A stretch of DNA of 64,000 bases from Anaerolineae bacterium (GCA_963675785.1 OY776562.1:2848001-2912000), one strand, 5' to 3'; counted from the stretch's first letter, positions 7,439-17,857 are shown. The notes: generated by a model not told the origin, from the sequence alone. Made by a program: numbers and translations.

Positions 7439-9541
7439 TTAGGCCCGGGTTTGCTCTGGCTCTGGGTATTTTACCCTGGGATGAAATACCCCTTTGAGAA
7501 CATCCTCAAAAGCTGCTTCGATTAGTGTTAGATCGGCAAAAGTAAGGTCACACTCGGCGAGTTGTCCTTCAGACAACCGTTCCTGAATGATTCTATTGAC
7601 GAGTTCGTGCGTTTCATTGGCAGATGAAGGCCGTCTGGCGCGAACTGCTGCTTCGATACTATCAGCCAGCATAACAATGGCAGTTTCCCTTGAACGAGGA
7701 CGGGGGCCCGGGTAGCAAAATTCTTCTTTGGGAATGTCTGTATCCGGATTCTGTTTGCAGGCTGTTCGGTAAAAGTAGCTTGCAAAAGTAGTTCCATGAT
7801 GTTCGTTGATAAAGGAGCTCACACGTTCCGATAAACGATACTGACGCGCGAGATCCATGCCATCTGTGACATGTGCGATAATAATTCTCGCGCTTGTAAG
7901 AGGATCCAATTTGTCGTGCGGGTTATTACCATCATCTTGGTTTTCCGCAAAAAAGTTGGGCCGGCTGAGTTTACCGATATCGTGATAATATGCGCCAACG
8001 CGAGCCAACAAAGGGTCAGCATCAACGACTTGAGCTGCTCTTTCTGCCATATTGGCTACGATGAGTGAGTGGTGATAGGTCCCCGGTGCTTTGATCGAGA
8101 GTTGCCTGAGAAGCGGATGCGTGGGACGGGCTAGTTCCAAGAGCTGTAAAAAGGTGCTGATGCCAAAAAGTCTTCCGGTTATGGCAAATGTGATAAATGA
8201 TAGACTCGAACAGATCGCGGCGTTCAAGCCGGAGACACCTAATAGTTCCAAAAGGCCAGTGGTATCATAAGATTTTGCGTCAATACGAAAGATCATAACC
8301 ACGGCGGCGTTACAGATAAAGAGGTAAAAGGCCGTTTTGACAAAGGCCCCCATGTTGTCAATATGTCGTACCCCGAGCGAAGAAACGATGGACCCCAAGA
8401 CAGCATAGGTGACGAGTTCCAATGATGCACCTGGAGTAAAAGCAAGAATGACGCCACAAATGACGGCAGATAGAATGCCCATCTCTCCGTCCAATAGAAT
8501 CGTCATCAGCATTGTAACAAATGCTGCAGGTACCAGATAGGGAATCAACACATGACCGGGAACCATGAGGCGGATGGCGATGGCATACGTAACAATGGCC
8601 AGAGAGAAAAGAAGCAATCTCCTTGGGCGATGAAGCATATCCGGGCGAATGACCAGAATGTATGCTGCCAGAATAACAACAAGAATGAGGGCATAACCGA
8701 TACCAGAGACTGTATCTTCCCAGGTTTTCTCGGTATCTTGAAGAATGCCATACTGCTGCATTGTTTCGATGGCGAGAGAATCGACGATTTCACTTTCATA
8801 GACGATCAAGTCGTTCTCACGCACTGTTACTTGAACAGGATCAACCTGTTCTTGCGCTTGTTCCCGTGCTGCCAGCGTAGCATCTACGTCCAAAAAGCTG
8901 TTTGGCGTGATAAAGGCGGCAATCAATTCATAGATGATGCTGTTCTGTTCCAAGGAAACAGCACGGCTGATCAACCTTGAGGCTCGATCAGCCGCCTCTT
9001 CATTTGTTTCAGAAGTGATCTCGTCGCGCATGATGAGATCAAGAACCCGCAATGCCTCATTTGTTATCTCATTCCATTCATCACTAGAAAGTGTGAGAAT
9101 GCGTGATATGGCCGTTGAAGAGAACTGTACCTCAGAGATATCTTGAAGAAATCTCAATTTTTCCTGATAGGTGGTCGCATTGTTCTCAAGGATAGTCGTA
9201 ATATGTTCAGAAAGGGTTTGAAGCTTGTCTATTTGATCCAGGCCAATCTGTGGATCGGCCTCTGTGAAAATACTGTCGACCTGATCTGCAGCTTCTAGTC
9301 GGGCCTCTTCAGTACGAATTTCGCTGGCATAAATAAGAGTGTAGGGTGCGCGAATCGTGCGCGGTGCAGGGTCGCCGACAGTAACCGCCAGAGTCTCAGG
9401 AGATTGAAGCAGGATAAAGGTCAGAGACAGGGCTGCAAAGAAAAGGACACCCATCAATGCCGCGTAGAGATAGACACGGCCCTTGTGGCGTTTTACTTTT
9501 TTGTTGTTTTTTGAATCAGGGGTTGAATTTGGTGTTGTCAT
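7439..9541 (-). CDS. pgpH: 7TM-HD phosphohydrolase (PgpH-like c-di-AMP phosphodiesterase)
   Basis: Extracellular 7TMR-HDED region, 7 TMs, APGTYHHS, YYHDIGK, EHHGT, YPGPRP, MLADSIEA; start could also be 9565. Confidence 0.88.
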   Translation of the reverse strand: MTTPNSTPDSKNNKKVKRHKGRVYLYAALMGVLFFAALSLTFILLQSPETLAVTVGDPAPRTIRAPYTLIYASEIRTEEARLEAADQVDSIFTEADPQIGLDQIDKLQTLSEHITTILENNATTYQEKLRFLQDISEVQFSSTAISRILTLSSDEWNEITNEALRVLDLIMRDEITSETNEEAADRASRLISRAVSLEQNSIIYELIAAFITPNSFLDVDATLAAREQAQEQVDPVQVTVRENDLIVYESEIVDSLAIETMQQYGILQDTEKTWEDTVSGIGYALILVVILAAYILVIRPDMLHRPRRLLLFSLAIVTYAIAIRLMVPGHVLIPYLVPAAFVTMLMTILLDGEMGILSAVICGVILAFTPGASLELVTYAVLGSIVSSLGVRHIDNMGAFVKTAFYLFICNAAVVMIFRIDAKSYDTTGLLELLGVSGLNAAICSSLSFITFAITGRLFGISTFLQLLELARPTHPLLRQLSIKAPGTYHHSLIVANMAERAAQVVDADPLLARVGAYYHDIGKLSRPNFFAENQDDGNNPHDKLDPLTSARIIIAHVTDGMDLARQYRLSERVSSFINEHHGTTFASYFYRTACKQNPDTDIPKEEFCYPGPRPRSRETAIVMLADSIEAAVRARRPSSANETHELVNRIIQERLSEGQLAECDLTFADLTLIEAAFEDVLKGVFHPRVKYPEPEQTRA

Positions 9542-9582
9542 GCAATCCTGCTTGAAAACGCGCAAAAGATAATCGGTTGCGT

Positions 9583-10026
9583 TTAGGCGAGCTTGCTACG
9601 GACGAGCTCACTTACAAGGCGTCCATCGGCTCGGTTGCCCACCTTGGTAATAATCGCTTTCATCGCACGCCCCATATCTTTGATCGAAGTTGCCTGAATC
9701 TCTGCCAGTGTCTCGACGATGATCTTTTCGAGCTCCTGGGCGTTCATCTGGGTTGGAAGGTACTCTTCAAGGAAGACGATACCGGCCTTTTCTTCCTCCA
9801 CCAGATCGTTACGGTTCCCTCTGGCAAACAACTCGATCGCTTCTGCGCGCTTTTTGATCTCTTTGCTGATGATATTTTCGACTTCTTCATCGGTAGCGGG
9901 GCGGTGCATCTCTATTTCGGCATTCTTGATAGCCGCACGAACCATGCGGATGGCGTTCTTGCGGATGACGTCTCCAGAGCGCATGGATTCTTTTAGATCA
10001 TCCATCAGCCGATCTTGTAATGTCAT
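9583..10026 (-). CDS. yqeY: GatB/YqeY domain protein
   Basis: DLKESMRS, YLPTQM, KDMGRAM, RADGRLVSELVR. Confidence 0.92.
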   Translation of the reverse strand: MTLQDRLMDDLKESMRSGDVIRKNAIRMVRAAIKNAEIEMHRPATDEEVENIISKEIKKRAEAIELFARGNRNDLVEEEKAGIVFLEEYLPTQMNAQELEKIIVETLAEIQATSIKDMGRAMKAIITKVGNRADGRLVSELVRSKLA

Positions 10027-10061
10027 GGGAGTGATCCCTCTCTGTGTCTTTTGGACGTTCG

Positions 10062-10090
10062 ATTATAAAAGCGCCCCTATATAATGTCAA
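10062..10090 (-). promoter_or_regulatory. Consensus sigma70/sigmaA promoter for the yqeY-pgpH-dgkA operon
   Basis: Minus strand TTGACA (10090-10085), 17 nt spacer, TATAAT (10067-10062). Confidence 0.75.
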
Positions 10091-10112
10091 GTGGCTAACT
10101 ATACATCCTGTA

Positions 10113-10850
10113 TTACAATTGTAAACCACCATCAACGCCAATTATCTGCCCAGTTATATAGCTAGACCGGTCAGAGCATAAAAAACTTACTAGATTAGCA
10201 ACATCTTGCGGTTGCCCACAACGACCGAGGGGAATACGCGCGCGATAGGAATCCATTTTATCCTGAGAGACCCCTTGCCACATGTCGGTTTCTATCATGC
10301 CCGGCGCAACAAGATTCACGGTAATGCCAACGAGTCCCAATTCACGGGCCAGTGTTTTGGTCAATCCTATCAGACCTGCTTTTGATGAGGCATAATTGAT
10401 CTGTCCGGCGTTTCCTGCCTGTCCGACGATGGAGCCCAGGTTAACGATTCTTCCCCATTTTTGCCTGATCATGTATCGTTGCACAGCCCTGCAACAATAA
10501 AAAGTTCCTGTGAGATTGACGCGGATTACTTCATCCCAGGCATCTGTCGCCATATAGGCTGAGAGAGCGTCGTGATTGATGCCTGCACAGTTGACCAAGA
10601 TATCAACGCCCCCGAAATGGTTAGCTACGTCTTTGACCATGTGCTTGACCTGATCTTCATTGCCCACGTCGGCCTGATAAGCAAGGGCTGAGCCCAGTTC
10701 ATTGGCCAAGGCCTCAGCTAATGAGGCGTTTTGCCGGTAATTGATGACGACATTCATGCCATCGGCAGCAAGAATTCCAGCGACGGCTCGGCCGATGCCG
10801 CGAGAGGCGCCCGTAACGATAGCTGTTCTTTTACTAGATTCTGACATCAT
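10113..10850 (-). CDS. fabG: 3-oxoacyl-ACP reductase
   Basis: [37 protein letters not shown]. Confidence 0.9.
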   Translation of the reverse strand: MMSESSKRTAIVTGASRGIGRAVAGILAADGMNVVINYRQNASLAEALANELGSALAYQADVGNEDQVKHMVKDVANHFGGVDILVNCAGINHDALSAYMATDAWDEVIRVNLTGTFYCCRAVQRYMIRQKWGRIVNLGSIVGQAGNAGQINYASSKAGLIGLTKTLARELGLVGITVNLVAPGMIETDMWQGVSQDKMDSYRARIPLGRCGQPQDVANLVSFLCSDRSSYITGQIIGVDGGLQL

Positions 10851-10853
10851 CGG

Positions 10854-11750
10854 TCACTCGATATCTGCTTCTGTATAGGAAACACATTCTACATCAACAA
10901 GGCGTTTGACCATGCTTTTTAGAACGGACTGGGGACCGATCTCTATAAAGCGCTTGACCCCTTGGCTGGCGAGCAAACGGATGCAATCGGCCCAGTTGAG
11001 GGGAACCTTCAGTTGCTGGTAGAGGTTACTACGAATAGCGGCCGGTTCCTGGCAGAGGGAGATAGAGGTGCTGCAGAGAATTGGGACACGAGGACGTACG
11101 ATTGGTGCGTCTTTCAGGGCTGCATCCAGTTCATCGGCCGCTGGCGCCATCAAGGGGCAGTGGGAAGCGACTTGCACCTCTAGGCGTTTGACCAGACGAG
11201 CAGCGTGAACATCTTTTAACGCAGTTTCGATTCGCTCAAGCGCTATCGGCGATCCCGACAAGACAATCTGCTTGTCTGTATTGACGTTGGAAATCCAAAG
11301 ATCGTCGATGGTCAGAGTATCTAGCAGTGCTTGCATTTGTTCAAAGTCCAGGCCGATTATCGCAGTCATTCCACCATGACACTGGCTCATGACTTGAGAA
11401 CGACGGTTTACCAGGGCCAAGCCGTCGTGAAAGGATAGTGCGCCAGAGGCGGCTAGTGCGGTATATTCGCCGAGGCTGTGTCCCGCAAAGCATAAGGGGT
11501 TGGTGTTCGCGCCGAATAATGTTTCATAGAGAGCGTAACTGACAGTGTAGATGGCCAATTGCGCGTTTTGCGTCGTATTGAGAAGGTGATCTGGTCCTCT
11601 CTGGCAAATCGTAGATAAGGGATAGTTTAGCTGCGCATCTGCTTTTTCCAAGGATTGTCGCGCCGCGTCAGAAAAACCCATGCCAACGAATTGGGTTCCT
11701 TGCCCAGGGAAAAGAATAGCTGTGTCTGGTAATGACGCACTTTTATTCAT
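10854..11750 (-). CDS. fabD: Malonyl-CoA:ACP transacylase
   Basis: FPGQGTQ, GHSLGEY, ASHCPLM, EIGP; start 11750 or 11768, since the longer ORF overlaps fabF. Confidence 0.92.
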   Translation of the reverse strand: MNKSASLPDTAILFPGQGTQFVGMGFSDAARQSLEKADAQLNYPLSTICQRGPDHLLNTTQNAQLAIYTVSYALYETLFGANTNPLCFAGHSLGEYTALAASGALSFHDGLALVNRRSQVMSQCHGGMTAIIGLDFEQMQALLDTLTIDDLWISNVNTDKQIVLSGSPIALERIETALKDVHAARLVKRLEVQVASHCPLMAPAADELDAALKDAPIVRPRVPILCSTSISLCQEPAAIRSNLYQQLKVPLNWADCIRLLASQGVKRFIEIGPQSVLKSMVKRLVDVECVSYTEADIE

Positions 11751-11808
11751 CGTATTTGATTCAACCATGGCATCATTGTAGCATCTTGGTAGCAAATAGG
11801 GGGAAAAT

Positions 11809-13038
11809 GTGGACAGACGCGTCGTAGTTACGGGTGTAGGAGCTATTACACCTCTCGGAAATAACATCGAGACAACCTGGGAAGCCGTTGTGGAAGGGCG
11901 TTCCGGGATAAAATCTGTAAAAAAGTTTACCCCAGACGGGCTTGATTCTCAAGTCGCTGGGCAGATTCTCGATCTGAACGCCGAGGATTTGATCAGCAAA
12001 AGAGATCTGCGGCGAATGGATTCTGCCTCAGTTTATGCCCTTTTATCGGCGCGGCAGGCTCTGACTAGCGCAGGGTTGAAAGATTACGATGCTTCTCGAG
12101 CAGGGGTGATCATTGGAACGGGCTTGGGGGGGGTCGAATCATTGCTTTCGCAATCCCACGTGATTGCCGAGCGCGGCCCACAGCGCGCCGATCCTCTGTT
12201 GATTCCTCGTTTTCTTGCCGATTCTCCTGCCGCATTGGTGAGTATTGAGACAGGATTTCAGGGACCTAGCATTTCGGTGGCGGCTGCCTGCGCAACGGGG
12301 GCTGTCGCCGTAGGCGAAGCCTTTGAGATGATCCGCGCGGGCCGTATCGATATGGCCTTGTGCGGCGCCACAGATGCTGGCATCGTTCGTGAAATCATGG
12401 CAGGCTTTTGTGCCATCAAAGCACTATCTCGGCGAAACCAAGACCCCGAACATGCTTCTCGGCCTTTTGATGTCTCACGTGATGGGTTCGTTATTTCCGA
12501 GGGGGCCGCTGTTTTGCTGATCGAATCCGAAGAACACGCGGCCCAGCGAGGGGCGCGTGTTCTGGCTTATTTGGCCGGCTATGGTCATACTACGGATGCA
12601 TTCCATATTACGGCGCCCATCGAGTCAGGGGATGTAGCGGCGCGGGCTATGACCTTTTCTTTGCGGCAGGCGGGTGTTTCGCCAGAGGATGTGGACTATG
12701 TGAATGCCCATGGCACCAGTACCGTACTCAACGATATAACCGAAACAAAAGCGATCAAGCGAGCGTTAGGGGAGAGAGCACTGACGGTGCCGGTCAGCTC
12801 GACCAAGTCTTGCACGGGACACTTGCTGGGCGCCGCAGGATCATTGGAAGCAGCCTTTTGTGTGCTGGCTCTGCGAGACGGTATCATTCCGCCGACGATT
12901 AACCTGGAACAGCCTGATCCTGAATGCGATCTGGATTACGTGCCCAACGTTGCCCGCAAGGCAGATTTGCATGGGGTCATGTCCAATTCGGTTGGTTTTG
13001 GTGGACACAATACGGCACTATTTTTCATTAAACCATAG
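11809..13038 (+). CDS. fabF: Beta-ketoacyl-ACP synthase II
   Basis: RRVVVTG, AACATG catalytic Cys, NAHGTST, GHLLGAAG, SNSVGFGGHN. Confidence 0.94.
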   Translation: MDRRVVVTGVGAITPLGNNIETTWEAVVEGRSGIKSVKKFTPDGLDSQVAGQILDLNAEDLISKRDLRRMDSASVYALLSARQALTSAGLKDYDASRAGVIIGTGLGGVESLLSQSHVIAERGPQRADPLLIPRFLADSPAALVSIETGFQGPSISVAAACATGAVAVGEAFEMIRAGRIDMALCGATDAGIVREIMAGFCAIKALSRRNQDPEHASRPFDVSRDGFVISEGAAVLLIESEEHAAQRGARVLAYLAGYGHTTDAFHITAPIESGDVAARAMTFSLRQAGVSPEDVDYVNAHGTSTVLNDITETKAIKRALGERALTVPVSSTKSCTGHLLGAAGSLEAAFCVLALRDGIIPPTINLEQPDPECDLDYVPNVARKADLHGVMSNSVGFGGHNTALFFIKP

Positions 13039-13039
13039 C

Positions 13040-13480
13040 CTACTTGCCGCATCTCTGCATAAGAACCTGCCAACTGCCGGTCTGTACGATCGAGTCTTTA
13101 TGATTTATGATTTCGACTGCCAGAATAGCCAAGCCGCTATCCGATGAGGGAAGACTGCGCAGCCTTTTCACGGTGATTTTTGCGTGGATACGGTCATCGA
13201 TATAGACAGGTTCTCGAAAGCGCCACTCTAGCGTCGCCAAAGCCGTTACCTGCTCGCCCAATATGCCTGCTTGCATGGCTAACCCAGAGGCTACGGACAG
13301 GATAAACAGCCCGTGGGCAATGGGGCGATGATAACGCGTGTCGGCTGCATAGGTGGTATCCAAGTGGAGCGGGTTGGTATCGCCAGAGAGGTTGGCGAAC
13401 GCGGCGACATCTTCTTGGGTTATAGAACGTTCTGAGGTGGCAAACTGCGTTCCTTCGGTCAGGTCATCCCAATACATCAA
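13040..13480 (-). CDS. MaoC-like hot-dog dehydratase
   Basis: Hydratase-2 motif FANLSGDTNPLH, IAHG, FREPVYIDD. Confidence 0.9.
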   Translation of the reverse strand: MMYWDDLTEGTQFATSERSITQEDVAAFANLSGDTNPLHLDTTYAADTRYHRPIAHGLFILSVASGLAMQAGILGEQVTALATLEWRFREPVYIDDRIHAKITVKRLRSLPSSDSGLAILAVEIINHKDSIVQTGSWQVLMQRCGK

Positions 13481-13506
13481 ATTCCTCCGCCCTGTGGGAG
13501 ATTGCG

Positions 13507-14154
13507 TTGAAAGCCTTAAAGCGAGTCGGCGTTGTTCTGGCTATTGTTTTGGCAGTGGCCCTTTTGGGGGTTCTTATCATAGCGGGCATGCGCTGGTGGA
13601 CGAACGAGCATTACGGGGCCATGATTTATGATATTGACGATGTGCCCGAATCACCTGTGGCTATTGTCTTTGGCGCAGGCGTCTATCCGGATGGCACCCT
13701 TTCTGCTGTGCTAGAAGACCGCGTTGAAACGGCCGTGCAGCTTTACGAGGCAGGTAAGGTGCAAAAACTCCTCATGACCGGCGACAACAGTTATATCGAG
13801 TATAACGAGCCCGAAGCCATGCGTCAGTATGCGCTCTCTCGTGGCGTCCCTGACGAAGATATTGTGCTAGATTACGCCGGCCGTCGCACCTACGATAGCT
13901 GCTATCGGGCGGTTTATATCTTTGAACTGGATCGCGCCATTTTAGTGACGCAATCCTACCATCTCGATCGGGCGCTGTTTACAGCGGATCATCTCGGTCT
14001 GCAAGTAGTAGGTGTTGCTGCTGATCTCCGCGAGTATACAAACATCCAATACTACTGGTGGCGTGAATTCGTAGCGACCCCCGTCGCCTTTTGGCAGGTT
14101 CTGGTAACGCACCCAGAGCCCATTTTAGGGGATCCCCTGCCTATTTTCCCCTAG
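13507..14154 (+). CDS. SanA/YdcF (DUF218, ElyC-like) protein
   Basis: N-terminal TM, AIVFGAG, LEDRV, GDN..YNEP, DYAGRRTYDS, VTQSYHL.RA, REF.A. Confidence 0.9.
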   Translation: MKALKRVGVVLAIVLAVALLGVLIIAGMRWWTNEHYGAMIYDIDDVPESPVAIVFGAGVYPDGTLSAVLEDRVETAVQLYEAGKVQKLLMTGDNSYIEYNEPEAMRQYALSRGVPDEDIVLDYAGRRTYDSCYRAVYIFELDRAILVTQSYHLDRALFTADHLGLQVVGVAADLREYTNIQYYWWREFVATPVAFWQVLVTHPEPILGDPLPIFP

Positions 14155-15181
14155 TTTGTTGTTCAACCCATAGATTTAATGCTTCATCGACATCCTGGCG
14201 GGTGGCAGTACCCGTGGTGCCAAGGCAGCGTACCGTTACCGAAGAGGTCAGGCAACCTATCAGTGCTGCTTCCTCCGGCATTGCCCTGGCGCAAAGGGCG
14301 GCAGTCAACCCGGCGAGTGTACTATCGCCAGCGCCAACGGTATCGATGGGCCCTTTTACGCGTACGGCGGGCACTTGATGGCGTATCCCCTCGGCAAAAA
14401 CATCGATTCCGGCACTTCCCCGTGTCAGGTAAACAGGCTTGCTGATCAGCCGATTCAAGCGGATCCCTGTATCAAGTGCCTGTTCGTCATTTAGGGCGAC
14501 AGACTGCATACCCATAGCCGCTGATGCTTCGCGGTCATTCGGTTTGATGGAGATGCCTAGATATTGGCTGATCCGACAACGCGAATCGGCAACCACGATT
14601 TTTTGAGGGTAACGCCCGGCCATCTCGATGAGATTGGTTCTTACTAATTCCGTTAGCACGCCGTGGTTGGGTTCTTCTACCTGGTCGGCAACGATAACGC
14701 CATCTACATCATCGATCAATGAGGCGAGGCGATTGACAATCTCTTGTTGTACCGCCGGAGGCATCTCCGAACGGTTCTTGATATCCAATCGAGAGAGTTC
14801 GTGCGTTGTCCCGTCAGGCTCGTGCATCATGGGTTTGGTATAGGTAGGAGTTACCCGACTGCTGGCACTAATGACGGCTTGAGTATCGATGGCATGATTC
14901 TGCAACTGGCTTAAGAGCTCATAGCCGTTGCCATCCTCGCCAAGGACGGTCAACGCGCAGGTGTTTACACCCAATGAGGCCAGATTCGTGGCCACGTTGC
15001 CAGCTGCACCAGGGTTGTTGCGCACGCCCGTCACTTGGTGGGCAGGCAAGCCTGTCTCTATCGAGGTTTCTTCAAGGCAGCGGTCAATATCCAAGTATTG
15101 ATCTAGAAAAAAGTCTCCGATAACGAGAACGTTTACAGTGTTAAGACGAGAAATGATCTCGCGAATGTGCTGAATATTCAC
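14141..15181 (-). CDS. PfkB-family sugar kinase, HldA/RfaE domain-I-like
   Basis: LVIGDFFLDQY, PGAAGNVATNLASLG, KPNDRE, DTVGAGD; GTG 15181 overlaps the upstream TGA (GTGA). Confidence 0.85.
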   Translation of the reverse strand: MNIQHIREIISRLNTVNVLVIGDFFLDQYLDIDRCLEETSIETGLPAHQVTGVRNNPGAAGNVATNLASLGVNTCALTVLGEDGNGYELLSQLQNHAIDTQAVISASSRVTPTYTKPMMHEPDGTTHELSRLDIKNRSEMPPAVQQEIVNRLASLIDDVDGVIVADQVEEPNHGVLTELVRTNLIEMAGRYPQKIVVADSRCRISQYLGISIKPNDREASAAMGMQSVALNDEQALDTGIRLNRLISKPVYLTRGSAGIDVFAEGIRHQVPAVRVKGPIDTVGAGDSTLAGLTAALCARAMPEEAALIGCLTSSVTVRCLGTTGTATRQDVDEALNLWVEQQTRGK

Positions 15182-16143
15182 CGGGGCTCCTGCGTCAGGC
15201 ATTTGTGTAGAACGGGAACGCTCACCTTGTGGTTCTGCCTCACGTAAAAACTCTCACCGCCATCACGCACAGTACGCACGAGGATGGTCTTGAATGGTCT
15301 AAAGTAATATTTGGCGTCCGTCTTATCTGCTTCGCTGGAAATATCCGGGCCCAGATCCTGTAAATCAAATACGGCAGTAGTAAAGTGATTAAGTGGTTGG
15401 TTCTTGGCAAAAGCTACGTTGCGGGCCATGGAAAGGGATTTGAGATAGACTTCTGGCCCCATCACAGCGGTGCCCATGCTCATAAAGACGCCGCCTTCCA
15501 GGTCGGTTATTTGCTGGGCGAATACCAAAAAATCATTGTATGAGGCCGCACCAAGGGCCGCGCCGTCGCAGTTGGGGTGTTCGTGGATGATATCATAACC
15601 AATGCTGACGTGAATGGTGACCGGGATATGCAAACGATAGCCCGCGGCCAGGATGCTAATATCGGCATGGGGTAGCTTCTCTTGTACGATGTATTGCCCC
15701 ACAGCCTCGCCAAAGCCGATATCCTGCCTGTGTGCAATGGCAGCAAGCTCGTTGAGTTTGCCCGTCTCTCGCCAGAGGCCGAACTGACCCTCGCTGATAT
15801 AGCGGGCCACACTTTCTGAAGTGGCACCGTGCATAGCCAACTCGAAATCATGAATACAGCCAGCACCGTTTAGGGCAACACCGGTAACAAGCCCACGTTC
15901 CATGAGGTCAATAACATAAGGAGCCAAGCCACTTTTGATGACGTGGGCGCCCATCATCCAGATAACGGGGTGCCCTTGTTCCCGGCTCTTGAGAATGCGC
16001 TTGGCAATCTCAGGGATATCCTCTTCAAGGTAATCGGGAACAGGATCATCAAGACGGGCCAACTCGTCCACATAAACATCACTGACGCGTTCTTCAAGGG
16101 GCAAGATTTTGAGTAGAGAACGATCAAATTTTGGGAAAGACAT
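15178..16143 (-). CDS. Conserved uncharacterised protein with deoxyhypusine-synthase-like features
   Basis: WMMGAHVIKSGL..IDLMERG.V..VA.NGAG.IHDFE, PVTIHVSIG.DIIH, GTAVMGPEVYLK. Confidence 0.65.
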   Translation of the reverse strand: MSFPKFDRSLLKILPLEERVSDVYVDELARLDDPVPDYLEEDIPEIAKRILKSREQGHPVIWMMGAHVIKSGLAPYVIDLMERGLVTGVALNGAGCIHDFELAMHGATSESVARYISEGQFGLWRETGKLNELAAIAHRQDIGFGEAVGQYIVQEKLPHADISILAAGYRLHIPVTIHVSIGYDIIHEHPNCDGAALGAASYNDFLVFAQQITDLEGGVFMSMGTAVMGPEVYLKSLSMARNVAFAKNQPLNHFTTAVFDLQDLGPDISSEADKTDAKYYFRPFKTILVRTVRDGGESFYVRQNHKVSVPVLHKCLTQEPR

Positions 16144-16177
16144 GTTCGCATCCTTGATGAGTGACTAGGGCGTAAAC

Positions 16178-17119
16178 CTAAAAGCCTTGTTCGTACATTC
16201 GACAGTAGCTCTCGTAACGGATATCGCTGATTTGCCCCGAGTCTACAGCTGCCTGAACGGCGCATTTTGGTTCGTGGAGGTGACTGCAAGGCTGAAAATG
16301 GCATTGGTCGCGAAAGGGCGCCATCTCTGGGAAAAAGGCATCGAGTTCTTGTGGCTGAATATCCCACAGACGAAAGGTGCGCAGACCGGGCGTATCTGCA
16401 ACAAAGGTCTCTTCTTCGAGATAAAAGAGCTCGGCTACAACGGTAGTATGCTTTCCCTTGCCATGGATCTCGCTGATCTCGCCAGTCTTGAGATTCAACT
16501 GAGGCCAAAGGGCGTTCATCACCGTGGATTTACCCACACCAGAAGGGCCCGTAAGTACAGATATCTTGCCATGCAGGGCATTGTATAGTTCAGACAAGCC
16601 CTGCCTGCTGACGGCGCTGGTGCGAATGACATGATAGCCGATTTCTTCATAGAGGTTCATAAGATCAGGCTCTGATTGGTCTACGATATCGACCTTGTTG
16701 GCAACAATGAGGATGGGTAATTCAACAGCTTCACAGGCCACAAGGTAGCGATCCAGCATGAGCGGGTTGGGCTCCGGATCGAGCAGTGAAAAAACAACGA
16801 CAACCTGATCGGGGTTAGCTACAATAACCTGAGCTTCTTCGCCTTTGCCATAATGAACCTGGCCTGGTCGAAAGGATCTCGGAGGGGGGGATTGTCGTAA
16901 AAGGGCCGATTTGCGCGGAAGAATATTCTCTATTATGGCGCCTTCGAGCTCGGAATAAAGAATCTCTACATGATCACCAATAGCGACAAGCTGGACATCG
17001 GATTTGTTCTTTTTGATGCGACCACGCATCCGGCAATCCAGTTCTGTGTCACCAATGCGTACATAGTAATGCCCACCATGTACGCGTATTACAGTACCGA
17101 TTTGCGTCTCTGAATCCAT
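16178..17119 (-). CDS. rsgA: Ribosome small subunit-dependent GTPase A
   Basis: OB-fold, NKVD, GPSGVGKST, GKHTT, DTPG, CHFQPCSHLHEPKC. Confidence 0.96.
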   Translation of the reverse strand: MDSETQIGTVIRVHGGHYYVRIGDTELDCRMRGRIKKNKSDVQLVAIGDHVEILYSELEGAIIENILPRKSALLRQSPPPRSFRPGQVHYGKGEEAQVIVANPDQVVVVFSLLDPEPNPLMLDRYLVACEAVELPILIVANKVDIVDQSEPDLMNLYEEIGYHVIRTSAVSRQGLSELYNALHGKISVLTGPSGVGKSTVMNALWPQLNLKTGEISEIHGKGKHTTVVAELFYLEEETFVADTPGLRTFRLWDIQPQELDAFFPEMAPFRDQCHFQPCSHLHEPKCAVQAAVDSGQISDIRYESYCRMYEQGF

Positions 17120-17130
17120 GCTCCCTCGAA

Positions 17131-17808
17131 CTAGGCCTGGCAATTAGGCCGCCAGTGCCGATATCGCCATAGCGCTTTGAGTGCGGGAAAGCCGTCTCTC
17201 CAAGGAGAAAGCTTTTTCTCTTCTCGTGGTTCGTACGAGACGGGCACTTCGTAGATTTTGATGCCTTGGCGGATGACCTTGGCAGTTATTTCCGGCTCAA
17301 GGTCAAAGCGGTTGCATTCTATATCAAGGCAACGGGCGATATCCAATTCCATGACCTTGTAGCAGGTTTCCATATCGTGCAGGTGCACACCATAGAGGAT
17401 GTTGGTCAACCAGGTAAGCCCTTTATTGCCTAAACGCAGCAATGTCTTTTGCCCTTTAAAACTGCGTACACCATATACTACGCGCGCTTTGCCATTGTAA
17501 ATCGGTTCGATGAGCGCTGGGTAATCGTTGGGATCGTACTCGAGGTCTGCATCCTGAATGATGACGACGTCACCGCTGGCCGTTGCCAACGCAGTCCGAA
17601 TTGCTGCCCCTTTGCCCTTGTTGGTCTCGTGCCGAATGGATACGAGTTCGGGAATATGGCTTTGGGCAAGGATATCGCCAGTCGCGTCGCTGGAGCAATC
17701 ATCAACAACAATGATCTCTTTATCGATAGGGACGGCAGAAACACGATTGAGCAGTTCTTCCAGACCAGCTTCTTCGTTATAGACTGGAATCAGAACAGAC
17801 AACTTCAT
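17131..17808 (-). CDS. Glycosyltransferase family 2 (DPM1-like)
   Basis: [37 protein letters not shown]; ATG 17808. Confidence 0.92.
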   Translation of the reverse strand: MKLSVLIPVYNEEAGLEELLNRVSAVPIDKEIIVVDDCSSDATGDILAQSHIPELVSIRHETNKGKGAAIRTALATASGDVVIIQDADLEYDPNDYPALIEPIYNGKARVVYGVRSFKGQKTLLRLGNKGLTWLTNILYGVHLHDMETCYKVMELDIARCLDIECNRFDLEPEITAKVIRQGIKIYEVPVSYEPREEKKLSPWRDGFPALKALWRYRHWRPNCQA

Positions 17809-17857
17809 TCGCAAATCCTCGAATAGGGCCAGTGCCCGGTGTTGAGGTGTAAACCTC

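Noticed and set aside
10854-11867. Long N-terminal extension of fabD in the ORF track
   Set aside because: It would overlap the divergent fabF start; homology begins near TAILFPGQG
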